DNA of 21,950 bases, taken from the NCBI GenBank assembly GCA_024626585.2, contig JANKJI020000002.1, positions 161,905,132-161,927,081 on the forward strand. The letters are read 5' to 3'. Below, piece after piece: positions 11,168 to 21,950 of this stretch (positions are counted from its first letter, which is position 1; the number at the start of each line of letters is the position of its first letter). The notes under the pieces are model-generated. The model made no database searches. It saw only the letters and a program-made list of their open reading frames with translations, and had not been told where the DNA came from. Origin of the DNA: Ginkgo biloba. Lineage: Eukaryota; Plantae; Ginkgophyta. The position numbers and the translations under genes were made by a program.

Positions 11168-11443
11168 TGATCCGTCTCACTATGCATGACACATGCAAGT
11201 ATAACTTACAAACTAAATTTTTGCAATTTTTTTTAGCAAATCAGTAAAATTCCAGAATTTAAATGAACAATCTTCTTCCACTTATGCATACTTGCTTATG
11301 CTTGGTACTATGCATGCTAAGTGTTGGATAAATTGTTTGTATGGTTGTGTAAAGCTAGCAAGCCTTAAAATCATCTAAGCCATCAATCAACCTCTAGTTG
11401 AGATTGATTCGTTCCTCAACTTGAAACCATTCAAGTTGGACCA
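11168..11443 (+). repeat. 5' LTR (internally deleted, 276 bp)
   Basis: 11168-11260 aligns to 13416-13505 and 11257-11443 aligns to 14037-14224. Confidence 0.9.
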
Positions 11444-12020
11444 TTGCTTGTTTCAGTCTCCATTTTTGGCTAATGCTCATGCATATTAATTCTTTGCATG
11501 ACCTAGTTTACCTTCTAGAAGTTCTTTCACATCCTATTAGCCCTCTTATAGTTTTAAAGGTCAACGAGCCTTAATCTTTTGCTAAAGTCCCTTTTATTAA
11601 ATCCTATAATAGTTGGCCAATGCAAGGTGTCAATGACCATTATGAGATATTCTGATAAGACAAAGAATGGACTTTCTTCAACACTTGAAATAGATTCATT
11701 AATGGATTGATTCAAACTTGAATTTAGATCCATATGGGCCTAGAACAAGTTGATTGGAACACGTATGGAGGATTTAAGAAGAATATTGGATGTGCTTAAA
11801 ACAACACCAAAGGCTCTTGGAACAAAACTATCAAAGTAACATTAGTTAGGCAATGGACAACTTCGACTCTCAATACAAATGTACATGTAACTTTGACATA
11901 CAAACTTAGATTTAAGTTTCATTAGTTGCATTGGAAATTTGATGATAATAACTATCTAGTGGTGTGAAAATTAATGATTATTGAATATATTTTTACCCTT
12001 TATTTTTTGGGTTTATCATT

Positions 12021-12219
12021 ATGGCTTCTAATACAACAAATGTACCTGATTTGATAAAATCTAACTATAGTGTTTGGAAAAGAAAGATAATTGATGTGAT
12101 CAGGAGAAATAATTTATGGTAGTCAATTGATGGTAAAATTCCAAAACCCAAAGATACTAAAGAGCTAACGGCATGGGAAGAATGATATAAACAAGCAAGA
12201 GGTCTCGTAGGATAGAACA
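12021..12219 (+). pseudogene. Ty1/Copia gag N-terminal remnant nested in the Gypsy element
   Basis: Translation MASNTTNVPDLIKSNYSVWKRKIIDVIRRNNLW*SIDGKIPKPKDTKELTAWEE*YKQARGLVG matches the Copia gag pattern L...NY..WK.....L....LW..IDG....P......W......A.G.I. It ends at a 100-N gap. Confidence 0.85.
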
Positions 12220-12319
12220 NNNNNNNNNNNNNNNNNNNNNNNNNNNNNNNNNNNNNNNNNNNNNNNNNNNNNNNNNNNNNNNNNNNNNNNNNNNNNNNNN
12301 NNNNNNNNNNNNNNNNNNN

Positions 12320-13402
12320 CTTCTTGAGTGCACTACCACTCACTTGTTGGCAACTTGATTATATTATGGCGGTTGCCAATCAATTCTCAAAAACGACAAT
12401 CCTTATACCATGTCAAAAGACTATCACTACTTCTAAAGTTGTTCACTTGTATTTTACACAAGTATGGGTTCATTTTCAATTGCATATGTCTATCATTTAT
12501 AATCAGGATTAATAAATATCTCTTCCACTTTTGGAAAACATTATGGAAATTGTTGGATACAAAACTTCAGAGATCAACAGCATTTTATCCCCAAACTAAT
12601 CGACAATCCAAAGTTGTATTTCAAACATTTGTACGCTTGTTGCGGATGTATTCACCATAAGCATATGAATACTTGGGATGAGAGCTTACGTTACATCCAA
12701 CATGCTTATAATCGAGAATTACACAGCTCAACTAATCACAATCCATTCATGGCATGTTTGGGGTTTAGACTATGGCTCCCTTACACATAGCTATGTTACT
12801 CCCATGACCTCCGCTACAAAATTATTGAAGGAGCAAGAGAAGGGAAAACACTTCATATCCTACATTCAGCATGTTCATAAAGAAGTGGAGGCAATACTAG
12901 CTCATACTCAGTAGAAAAATAAAGCAAAGCACAACAAACATTGGGCCAGCCATGATTTCAAAGTTGGTGATAAGGTGTGGTTTTATTTGCACAAGGATTT
13001 GTTTAAAGGTTTGAATAAGAAGTTACTTCCACTCTGATATAGTCCATACACCATCATGGAGAAAATTAATGGCAATGCTTTCAAGCTTGATATGCGGTCA
13101 TACCTTGGGTTACATCCAGTGTTCAATGTTGAGTTATCCAAGCCATATTACCCTCCTCTCATTGAGCAACCCGATGTAACTCCACCACCTTCTAAGGACA
13201 TGGTTCCAAATTATATGGCTCCTTTATAAACGAGCCAAGCCATTGCAGCTCGAACAAAGAAGATACAAGCCATGGACATCCCATTGTTTCAAATTGTTGT
13301 AGCTAGGCAATATCCTTATCAGGCTAAGTGGCACACAGAGGCCTATGTAAAAATCAAATTCTCAAGGTTACATAATGAAGTGATGAGGGACCATCGCTCC
13401 TT
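12320..13402 (+). pseudogene. Chromovirus integrase core, GPY/F region and degenerate chromodomain-like tail
   Basis: Across frameshifts: DYIMAVANQFSKTTILIPCQKTIT, VWVHF, FWKTLWKLLDTKLQRSTAFYPQTNRQSKVV, WDESLRYIQHAYNRELHSST, FKVGDKVW, YSPYTIMEKINGNAFKLD..LHPVFNVELSKPY, then ..QYPYQAKWHTE..KFSRL. Confidence 0.95.
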
Positions 13403-13415
13403 AAGGGGGAATAAA
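13403..13415 (+). promoter_or_regulatory. Polypurine tract
   Basis: aagggggaataaa directly precedes the TGATCC start of the 3' LTR. Confidence 0.8.
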
Positions 13416-14224
13416 TGATCCATCTCCTTAAGTATTAGACATGGAAGTATAACTTACAACTTTGAATTTTGCATTTTTTAAGCATAAAAGTAAATTCTAG
13501 AATTTTGTTCAGTTCTGAACACCATATTTGTGANNNNNNNNNNNNNNNNNNNNNNNNNNNNNNNNNNNNNNNNNNNNNNNNNNNNNNNNNNNNNNNNNNN
13601 NNNNNNNNNNNNNNNNNNNNNNNNNNNNNNNNNNNNNNNNNNNNNNNNNNNNNNNNNNNNNNNNNNNNNNNNNNNNNNNNNNNNNNNNNNNNNNNNNNNN
13701 NNNNNNNNNNNNNNNNNNNNNNNNNNNNNNNNNNNNNNNNNNNNNNNNNNNNNNNNNNNNNNNNNNNNNNNNNNNNNNNNNNNNNNNNNNNNNNNNNNNN
13801 NNNNNNNNNNNNNNNNNNNNNNNNNNNNNNNNNNNNNNNNNNNNNNNNNNNNNNNNNNNNNNNNNNNNNNNNNNNNNNNNNNNNNNNNNNNNNNNNNNNN
13901 NNNNNNNNNNNNNNNNNNNNNNNNNNNNNNNNNNNNNNNNNNNNNNNNTACTCCTCTTATGGTGGTTATGGTGTATTAGCAGTGCCTATATGTGAGTCTT
14001 TTGATGATATAATGAACACTAGTTGATGTAGTATGCATTTAAATAAACAATCTTCTTCCATTTATGCATGTTTGCTTATGCTTGGTACTATGCATACTAA
14101 GTGTTGAACAAAATGTTTGTATGACAGTGTAAAACTAGCAAGCCACACCCATCATTTAAACCATCAATCAACCTCTAGTTCAAATTGATTGGTCCCTCCA
14201 TTGGACGCCATTCAAGTTGGATCA
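13416..14224 (+). repeat. 3' LTR (contains an N gap)
   Basis: TGAT...ATCA termini; homologous to 11168-11443; followed by the TSD CTTCC. Confidence 0.9.
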
Positions 14225-15050
14225 CTTCCCTGCATTTCTGGTTGGATCTATGCAAGCTAGGTGATATTTCACATTTGTAATGATCATGTCTCCCATGACA
14301 ATTGTACTACTGATTGCAATACCATTAATGTCAAACATCTTCAGCATTTGAGAGATAAGGGAACGAAGAATCTCCTTGGTGGCTCACTTGAAACTTCGCA
14401 TTTTTTTCCATATGTTAACTCTTGCCTATTCACACACAAGGGAAAAATTGGCCTCGTATTATGGTCTAGATTCAACATTTACTTTTACCATATGCTCTGA
14501 TATAGTCTAGATGTCTTGTTTCACAATGCCAGACTGCACTCTAGTCTCTAACATTGTATCTTTCTCTTCTTCAACCATCGATGCTTTCTCCAACAAGCAA
14601 TCTATATCTCGAACAAGAGTGATTTGATACTTACTAATATGATCCAATAGTCTTCAAATAGGAAAGAGGAGATTGTAATGTTCATTTTCATGAAACAAAC
14701 ACTCTCATTAGGCTCCATTACTTGTGAGAGATGACTTGGTTCAAGTCCTCTAGAGTTAAATTTGATGTTGTGGGTTGGAGACACTGAGCAACCCTATACT
14801 TTACACATCTCCCACCAAACCAAACGTGCTTATGAGGCCCATGTGCTAAATAGAGCATATGCACTTCATACTCTATCTAAGTCGAGAGGAATCCATTTGG
14901 AGGTCTATCCATGTGTTCGTAGCAGAGTGGCGGGCATAGGTGCATCAATTGATTTAGATGCTCTGCAACAACAATTTGAATTCGTAAGGACATAGATGTC
15001 CCTTCATAAGGTTATTTGAGGCCTCCTCGAAGGTGGATTAGTCGATTCAA
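14225..15050 (-). pseudogene. Upstream part of an unidentified degenerate ORF interrupted by the chromovirus
   Basis: The minus frame reads ..LLDHISKYQITLVRDIDCLLEKASMVEEEKDTML..RVNIWKKMRSFK*ATKEILRSLISQMLKMFDINGIAISSTIVMGDMIITNVKYHLACIDPTRNAGK up to the TSD. It has several stops and a probable frameshift near 14695. Confidence 0.4.
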
Positions 15051-17379
15051 AGATTGTGGGGAAGAGGGAGTTTTTAATTTTTTATGATGAATGTAGTTGG
15101 GTTCCGACAAGTAGCTTAGATGGATGTGGGTGGTTTGGGTGTCATTCTTCTCAATTTAGCATGGATAAGCAACTTCATTAGACAAGGATTTTGGCATGGG
15201 GCAATACATTGATTTTTTTGGGGTTNNNNNNNNNNNNNNNNNNNNNNNNNNNNNNNNNNNNNNNNNNNNNNNNNNNNNNNNNNNNNNNNNNNNNNNNNNN
15301 NNNNNNNNNNNNNNNNNNNNNNNNNATTATCACTTTAGAGGGGAGGTTTTATACCTAGAGACTCTAAAGGGGGATTATGACCTTGTTATTTCCTTTTTAT
15401 AAGGAGTTATTTCCTTAGCTTGTGAATTTTATTAGGAGTTTTTCCTAACCACAAGTTTTCTCCTATGTAGAAATATTTCCATCATTCATATTTTTATAAG
15501 GAATGCTTATATGGATAAATTATTTATTAATATGTATGGATACATAAACTTAGTTACTAAAGGACTATTTTCATAGATATAAGATCCTCACTTAGATTAA
15601 TGGTTGTATGAACCAATCTCTACATGAGAATGATCTATTTTTTATGAAGGATCATATATTTAAGAGATACTTGGGCTTAGATTTAAGATATATTCTTAAG
15701 TTTGTAGAGATTATTCCATTATCCTTGAAACTTGTATTATTCTCTCAAGTTATAAGAGTTGTCATTAATAAGATATTTCTTATGTTTTGTCCAATTTCTT
15801 TCTTCCATTTGTAATCCAAAATCTTATGAGAGTCTTAAAATGGATTTTTTTGGGGTTTTTATAACAATTCTCTTGCGAGTCATTGTTGCTTATAGCCAAT
15901 TTTGTGATGAATTGCAACTACTAATAGCTAATTTTGTTATGGATCACAGCTACTCATACTAGCCATTTATTTGTGTTGTGGATAGCCCCAAAATTTTGTA
16001 TAAGTCAAGAGCAACCTCAGACAATCTAGGATGTAGCTAGGGGAGTCAGACAACGAAAGATAACTCTGGGACAATGGACACAGATCGAAAGTCTGAGGGT
16101 TACCCGAGGGCCCTCTAACGAGATTTGAGAATTATACATTAGTGGTATAGTAATTAGCATATTATTATATCCAGAGTTATCGTTGAGGTTCAGTGCATCA
16201 AGCATCCCCAACGAACACTCACTACTTGTACAGGGTTTTCCCACATAATAAAGGGACCCCTATTATTTTCGAGAGATAGCATAGGGTTGGTCATTATACT
16301 ACTTCCTGATTGATCTCTCTGGNNNNNNNNNNNNNNNNNNNNNNNNNNNNNNNNNNNNNNNNNNNNNNNNNNNNNNNNNNNNNNNNNNNNNNNNNNNNNN
16401 NNNNNNNNNNNNNNNNNNNNNNNNNNNNNNNNNNNNNNNNNNNNNNNNNNNNNNNNNNNNNAATGTGCATTTAGGTTCGTATACTACAATTTGTACTTAA
16501 CATCTGGCTCCATAGCTGACCTAAATTGAACATGGATTTTTCCAATCACGAGTGGTGATAACGGCTATCATAGAGATTGGCAAAAAATTGATAAGAAATC
16601 CATAGTTAGTTAAAGTTTGATGGGCATTCCTCTTTCTCTCCACCAACAATGCAATAGATGTCGCATCGAAGAAGTTGAAATCCACCCCCTTTGGAACTAA
16701 CTCATTAAGATTATATTTTGGAAGAGGCTGAGAACAACCAACAAATAATGTTTGAATTTAAAGAATTTTTTTACACTAAGAAAGTCAAGAGATTCTTTTT
16801 TCCTACGATTACAACCTTATTGATTGAGAGGTTGTNNNNNNNNNNNNNNNNNNNNNNNNNNNNNNNNNNNNNNNNNNNNNNNNNNNNNNNNNNNNNNNNN
16901 NNNNNNNNNNNNNNNNNNNNNNNNNNNNNNNNNNNACTCAACATATGTAAATGATCGTTAGTTAATCAATTAGTTGATAATGAGGTTAGGTATTCTAACT
17001 ATTAATTGGCTTGAAGTGATGTAATAATGATATATTTTGTGTGAGAATCGATTGAGGATTCAAATTATGTGAGAGGTGATTCGGGTTCTCTTTTGTAATA
17101 AATGATGATGGTTCTTGCCTATTGTTTATGTGTCAATTTGTGTTGATTATATATGAAGGTACATATGTGCAATCCTAGAGTTGATATAGATGGTAGATTG
17201 TAAGTGAGCCATGGCTTGCAAGGTACCAAAACCAACCAACAGGAGTAAGATTCCAAGCAAGCATCATTGTCTATAGAAATCAATGTGATCTATGATGTCT
17301 TCAGAAACTCCTCTTAAGTGGGAGGCTTAATAGCAAGTGAGGGTCATGAAATAGATCACAACATCTACAATTCCTTGTT

Positions 17380-17700
17380 GTTCCTAACTCAAGTGATATC
17401 CCAAAACTTCCAACAAAAATGTTTGATGGAAGGCACCAAGTAGACCTTATATCCTTAAATGATTAGGGGAGATAAAGAAGCATCCTTGGTGAATGATGTC
17501 ATATGCATCAGAGACCCTATTCAAATTGGGATGCTACTGACAATCGTAGGTGAGTGCATGATAAAGACATCCTTAGATAAATCAATATTGATAAAGACAC
17601 AATTTATCTCATTCTCTCAAGGAACACTTAGGTCTTGTTCTCCCTCTTTTATTGTGGTGACAATTTGAACCTATTCCTCTTATTTTTCATTGATAACATG
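17380..17700 (-). pseudogene. Possible Gypsy gag-protease linker remnant
   Basis: Minus translation ..FINIDLSKDVFIMHSPTIVSSIPI*..DASLSPLII*GYKV loosely resembles the pre-protease region of Athila/Tat-like polyproteins. The catalytic DSG motif is not seen. Confidence 0.3.
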
Positions 17701-18237
17701 ATCATAAACACCTTCATGTTGTTTCTCATGATTTGTCTCGCTTTTTGTGTTACCTCTTTATAATGAGTAATTTAATCTTCATTAGATAATGCTTTTACAT
17801 CCTCATCATTGAACAACTTTTCTTCTTGAGTCTCCTCTTCCTAGTGTTATTTTATCCATATATCACTTCTTTCCAGTGTCTCCTCTTCCTGGTGCATTTT
17901 TTTTTTTTTTTTTTTTCGTGCAAAACTTCTTGTTGTAGAACNNNNNNNNNNNNNNNNNNNNNNNNNNNNNNNNNNNNNNNNNNNNNNNNNNNNNNNNNNN
18001 NNNNNNNNNNNNNNNNNNNNNNNNNNNNNNNNNNNNNNNNNTGTTTACATATTCAATGGCATGTGTTCAAACATGCAACATTCATGCAAGTTGCAACAAA
18101 ATTACCAACACATGTCCATTCATCAAACAATATATACATGGTTCAAAACATCTATTAAGTAAATTCAATGCTATCATGCCACTTATATAAAAACCAAACC
18201 CTAACTACCAAAAATGATTGAAGTAAACAGGAAGTCT

Positions 18238-19260
18238 TGTTGCTCACGTTGAAGGGGTTGGCTCACCTCGCAAGGATCAATCTAGCAAGCAAACTAACAA
18301 AACAAGTAAAAATAGCATAAATTAAAGAAGACAAGCTTAAGACAACACCAATTCCCGATTAGCAATAACAACTTGTAACTTTTCAACAAGTTGAACTCTT
18401 TCCTAGGTTTCTTCAAGTAGGGTGAGCCCCTTGTAGGCTTCAAATTCAGAGCAAAAGACCCCCCTCCAAAAAGGCAACCCTATAACCAATAGTTTGCAAC
18501 AAGGCAATCCCCATAAACAACTTTAGACAAGTAGCAATAGCTTAATTTCAGCCCTTCAAAGTAGAATAAAGTCAACAAAGGCAAGTCAAACCCTTCGTAG
18601 CCTCTCAGTAATAGGTCAAACATTCTTAGAGCCTTTAAGCAATAGGCATAAGCTTAAAATCAACACCAATGAGAAAGAGAAGGTCCAAAAATGACTCAAG
18701 ACGGACCTTGAATCAACTAGCAGAAGGGTGAATGCCAGCTTTACTCTTCTACAAACATTTTGAATACCCTAAAAGTAAAACGATTGCTCTTATTATAGCT
18801 TCCAAGCAATGTGACAATCATTTAATGCAAGTAAGAGGAGAAACACAACAAAAAAGGAAGGAAAGTGCATTTATGATGATTGCAAGGAGAAGTCCTTCCA
18901 TACACAAAGCAAGAGAAATCAAAGATGGTGGTGATAAATATGATCTCAATAGGACTATATATGTGCAATTTATGCAATTATAGGCCCCATTGGCACAACC
19001 TGCAAAATACGGTTGGCCCTATGGGCCCCAATTTGACCTTTGTTTGATCTTGACTTCCCAATTTGACCTCTGAACTCAGATGGCCAACCAAAAATGATGA
19101 CACAACTCTTATGGACCCTTCCAACTAAATTATTAACTCCATAATGTCCTCAAAAAGATCTTAAGGTCAAAATTTAGCAAATCCTTTCTCTAGGAACTAA
19201 TATCTCTGGTTTTTCTTCTCTTTCTCTTACAAGTGTATTATGCATGGCTAGACTATAACA
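18238..19260 (-). mobile_element. Probable LTR remnant, minus orientation
   Basis: The minus strand starts TGTTATAGTC at 19260, has a TATA-like site near 18955 and short ccaatttgacct repeats at 19028-19070. Left boundary is uncertain. Confidence 0.35.
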
Positions 19261-20829
19261 ATTAACATATGTGGATGTTCAAGAAGTGGAATAAGTATCA
19301 CATGATCCTACTTGAATATGAGATGACAGAGGCAAAAGGCTTTGACATAGAGAAAGAAAAGAATACTCAATTGAACAATTACAAGGGCCAATTAAGGATA
19401 CAACTTGGGGATCTATAACATTTGTTTGACACGCAAGCCTCATTGAAGGCAATGATCTCGTGAGATAGAGTGAGACGTTACAAGACAAATTTCAACATTA
19501 ACAAACAATTGCTTAATAAGGTCAAAATATTACAAAGACATGTAGAGAGGTGTTGAGGCCATGGTGAGGCCTATCGTGGCCACATGCACAAAAAGAAGAT
19601 CAAAGCGATGAAAAGAAGGCTCAACAAACATGGTAGAGGTGACATATTGCACCTAGGTAAAGGTTAGCACAATCATGAGGTGATGCATGGCCCGAGTTGG
19701 ACTAGTGTTAGCTTGAGTCAACCAATAGAAGGGGATAGTCATACAACCCCATAAATGCATCATCTTCACTAACAACCTCTCTCCTTGTATATTACGACTT
19801 CCGATAATTATGTCCCTTTTATTGATATTGTGACCATGCCAACTTGATATCAAGCATTCATTTTTTATTTGCAANNNNNNNNNNNNNNNNNNNNNNNNNN
19901 NNNNNNNNNNNNNNNNNNNNNNNNNNNNNNNNNNNNNNNNNNNNNNNNNNNNNNNNNNNNNNNNNNNNNNNNNNTCAAGGGTTTGGATTAGAATGGTATT
20001 AGGGAGAACTTAGATCGATCATCAGGGGTTGGGATTACACATCAAATTTTTATAATATAGAAGAAATAAACCACCAAAAAAATTCTACACAAAAATTGTG
20101 TAAAATGCAGGTTGTTGGATGTGTAAAATTCTACACACATAATGTCATCTAGATTCCATATTTGGATTATTATTTGTTATTTTTTCTTTTGTCTATGTAG
20201 ATAACCAAATAATATCTAATACATTAACTCTCTAATTCAAATTTGTTGGGTCATTTTACTTCATATTTTGAGCAACATGTGTGCATCAGGGAGATCACAA
20301 CTTCATCTTTTATATTATTAAACAAATTAAATTTATTATTTTATGATGGATATAATTTTTCCTGAGGGTTACTATGGTATTTCATTTAGCTTAATGATGT
20401 GAGACACCTAGATGTTGCTAGACCTACTTTTGATACTACTGATTTAGATTCATTGGAGTTCAGTGGACATAAATATTCATAATACATATTTCTAATGATG
20501 TTAGACTGTTACTCTCAAACACTAGAAAGACATTCAATTGTACAACTTTGTGATTTGACATAGGAAAAATAACAACCCTTCTATAGAAATTTTTTTGAAT
20601 TAAATCACAATGGTAATATGTATTATATCATCTTCATTTTCTTCAATTCATAATTATCTCTTTGTATTTGATCTTACATATCTCTTTGGATAATATCTCT
20701 CTTTGGAGGCCTATTCCACTTGTAAGAGATGATTGTTGACACTATGGATAATAATTAAAGTTAATAAGTAAAACTCAAATTAAGTCCAAGCATAAATGTT
20801 GGCACAAAGATGCAAAAAGGTGATGAACA

Positions 20830-21260
20830 TTCTCTTATTAGATTCAACAAAGAGAAAGAACAACAATTTAGAATAGACCTACAAAAAGCGTTGGAAACAA
20901 TTTGAAGAACAACAACATAGACACAACGCAAGATGGCAAAATGCTTCAAGAAATACTCGCATCATATTATCTTAAAAACCAAATTAACAACAATCAGCCA
21001 TGCAACCCCTAGTATGAGAAAGAACAAGCGTGCAGATAATGGATAAAATTAGCTACAAAGAAAATAGAAGAAGAAAAGGCAATCAAAGTATACAAAAAGA
21101 ATACCGAGAAAAATAAGCAAAAATTTGTACAAAGAAAACACAACAAACTCTTAAACCTATACAAGACAAAACCAAAACTACTATGGAAAAGATATTAAAC
21201 AAAAAGAAGAACTAGAAAATATTCTACAAGGGAATGGTATCTCAAAAAACAATAAATATC
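20830..21260 (+). mobile_element. Probable non-L1 LINE (RTE-X/CR1-like) ORF2 remnant, endonuclease-RT linker
   Basis: Fragments IRFNKEKEQQFRIDLQKAL, PCNP*YEKE (20998-21024) and KVYKKNTEKNKQKFVQRKHNKLLNLYKTKPKLLWK resemble the PW(F/Y)D.EC...YK....KK......PK.FWK linker. Confidence 0.5.
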
Positions 21261-21329
21261 ACAAAATTTAATAAAAATGCCTCTAGCTCCTACATGAAGA
21301 GAAAAGTAAGCAAATGTACATCTTCTTAA

Positions 21330-21950
21330 GTTGGGTGGTAGGAAGGGGTAATAAAGTTAATATTTAGGACTATGCATGGCATAGAGGCCTAATCCTGTCA
21401 TACGATTTCATATTTAAAGAAGTAAGGCAAGGCTTTATGGGACGTGATCTTACCATGATGAAATCATTTATGGTAATATCACAAAAAGAATTAATGGAAT
21501 CCAACATTGCTAATAAGGTATGGAAGAACATCTAGCTTCCACCTTTGAATCCTCGGTTTGCCTATTTTTTCTTGCTATTATTGCATAAAAAGCTTCTTAT
21601 ATATAGGTGAGGTCTCTTTGGTCCATCTGTGTGTCATATGTGTCATGCAAAAGAAGAAACTATAGATCATCTCTTTGTCCAACGCGTGCTTANNNNNNNN
21701 NNNNNNNNNNNNNNNNNNNNNNNNNNNNNNNNNNNNNCAATGTATTATGGTCCATCAATGATGTCACAAAACTAGTTTTGAATTGGGACAATAGATACCT
21801 AGGGAGCTTGTAGGGCAAGCTAGTATGTAAAATTCTTTGGTGAAGCTTACCAAAATTTGTTTTCAAATCATTATGGCTTGCAAAGAACAAAATCTATTTT
21901 TAAAAATAAGTTGGTGACTCCTAAAAAAGCTTTAGCTACAGGCAAGATAG
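21330..21950 (+). mobile_element. L1-type LINE ORF2 3' remnant with zf-RVT domain
   Basis: WVVGRGNKVNI*DYAW, KVWKN..PRFAYFFLLLLHKKLL, GLFGPSVCHMCHAKEETIDHLF and LW*SLPKFVFKSLWLAKNKIYF are the plant L1 motifs W.VG.G..I..W.D.W, C.LC...ET..HLF and W.IW..RN..IF. Runs off the window end. Confidence 0.92.

Larger units (their letters stand above)
11168..14224 (+). mobile_element. Chromovirus-type (CRM-like termini) Ty3/Gypsy LTR retrotransposon, degenerate, with 5-bp TSD
   Basis: Both LTRs start TGATCC (11168, 13416) and end caagttgga(c/t)ca (11443, 14224). CTTCC flanks both sides (11163-11167, 14225-14229). An integrase lies internally and a PPT precedes the 3' LTR. Confidence 0.92.

Noticed and set aside
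14762-14995. Plus-strand 77-aa ORF
   Set aside because: No recognisable motif, and it overlaps the longer minus-strand degenerate frame; probably a shadow ORF, though not excluded.
15326-16835. G-rich PPT-like tracts, LTR-like sequence and a weak gag-like minus frame
   Set aside because: No definable termini, partner LTR or convincing protein motif. Probably TE-derived, but not supportable as a specific call.

Overview
AT-rich, gap-riddled eukaryotic intergenic DNA. The transposon families suggest a large-genome land plant, probably a gymnosperm or fern (inference). I see no intact protein-coding gene, RNA gene, CRISPR array or prokaryotic system. The window is a graveyard of old, nested, stop-riddled retroelements. 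The best-defined feature is a chromovirus-type Ty3/Gypsy element at 11168-14224 with TGAT..ATCA LTR termini, a polypurine tract, a perfect 5-bp CTTCC target-site duplication and a degenerate integrase/chromodomain. It carries a Ty1/Copia gag fragment internally and interrupts an unidentified degenerate minus-strand reading frame. Also present: two non-chromovirus Gypsy integrase C-termini, several LTR remnants, an L1-type LINE 3' end (zf-RVT), a probable non-L1 LINE remnant, an inverted array of short repeats, and a second unidentified minus-strand pseudo-ORF. Seven N runs are exactly 100 bp, probably gaps of unknown size, so adjacency across them is uncertain. I cannot support a novel biological system. 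The most open leads are the two unassigned pseudo-ORFs and the Gypsy/Copia composite.
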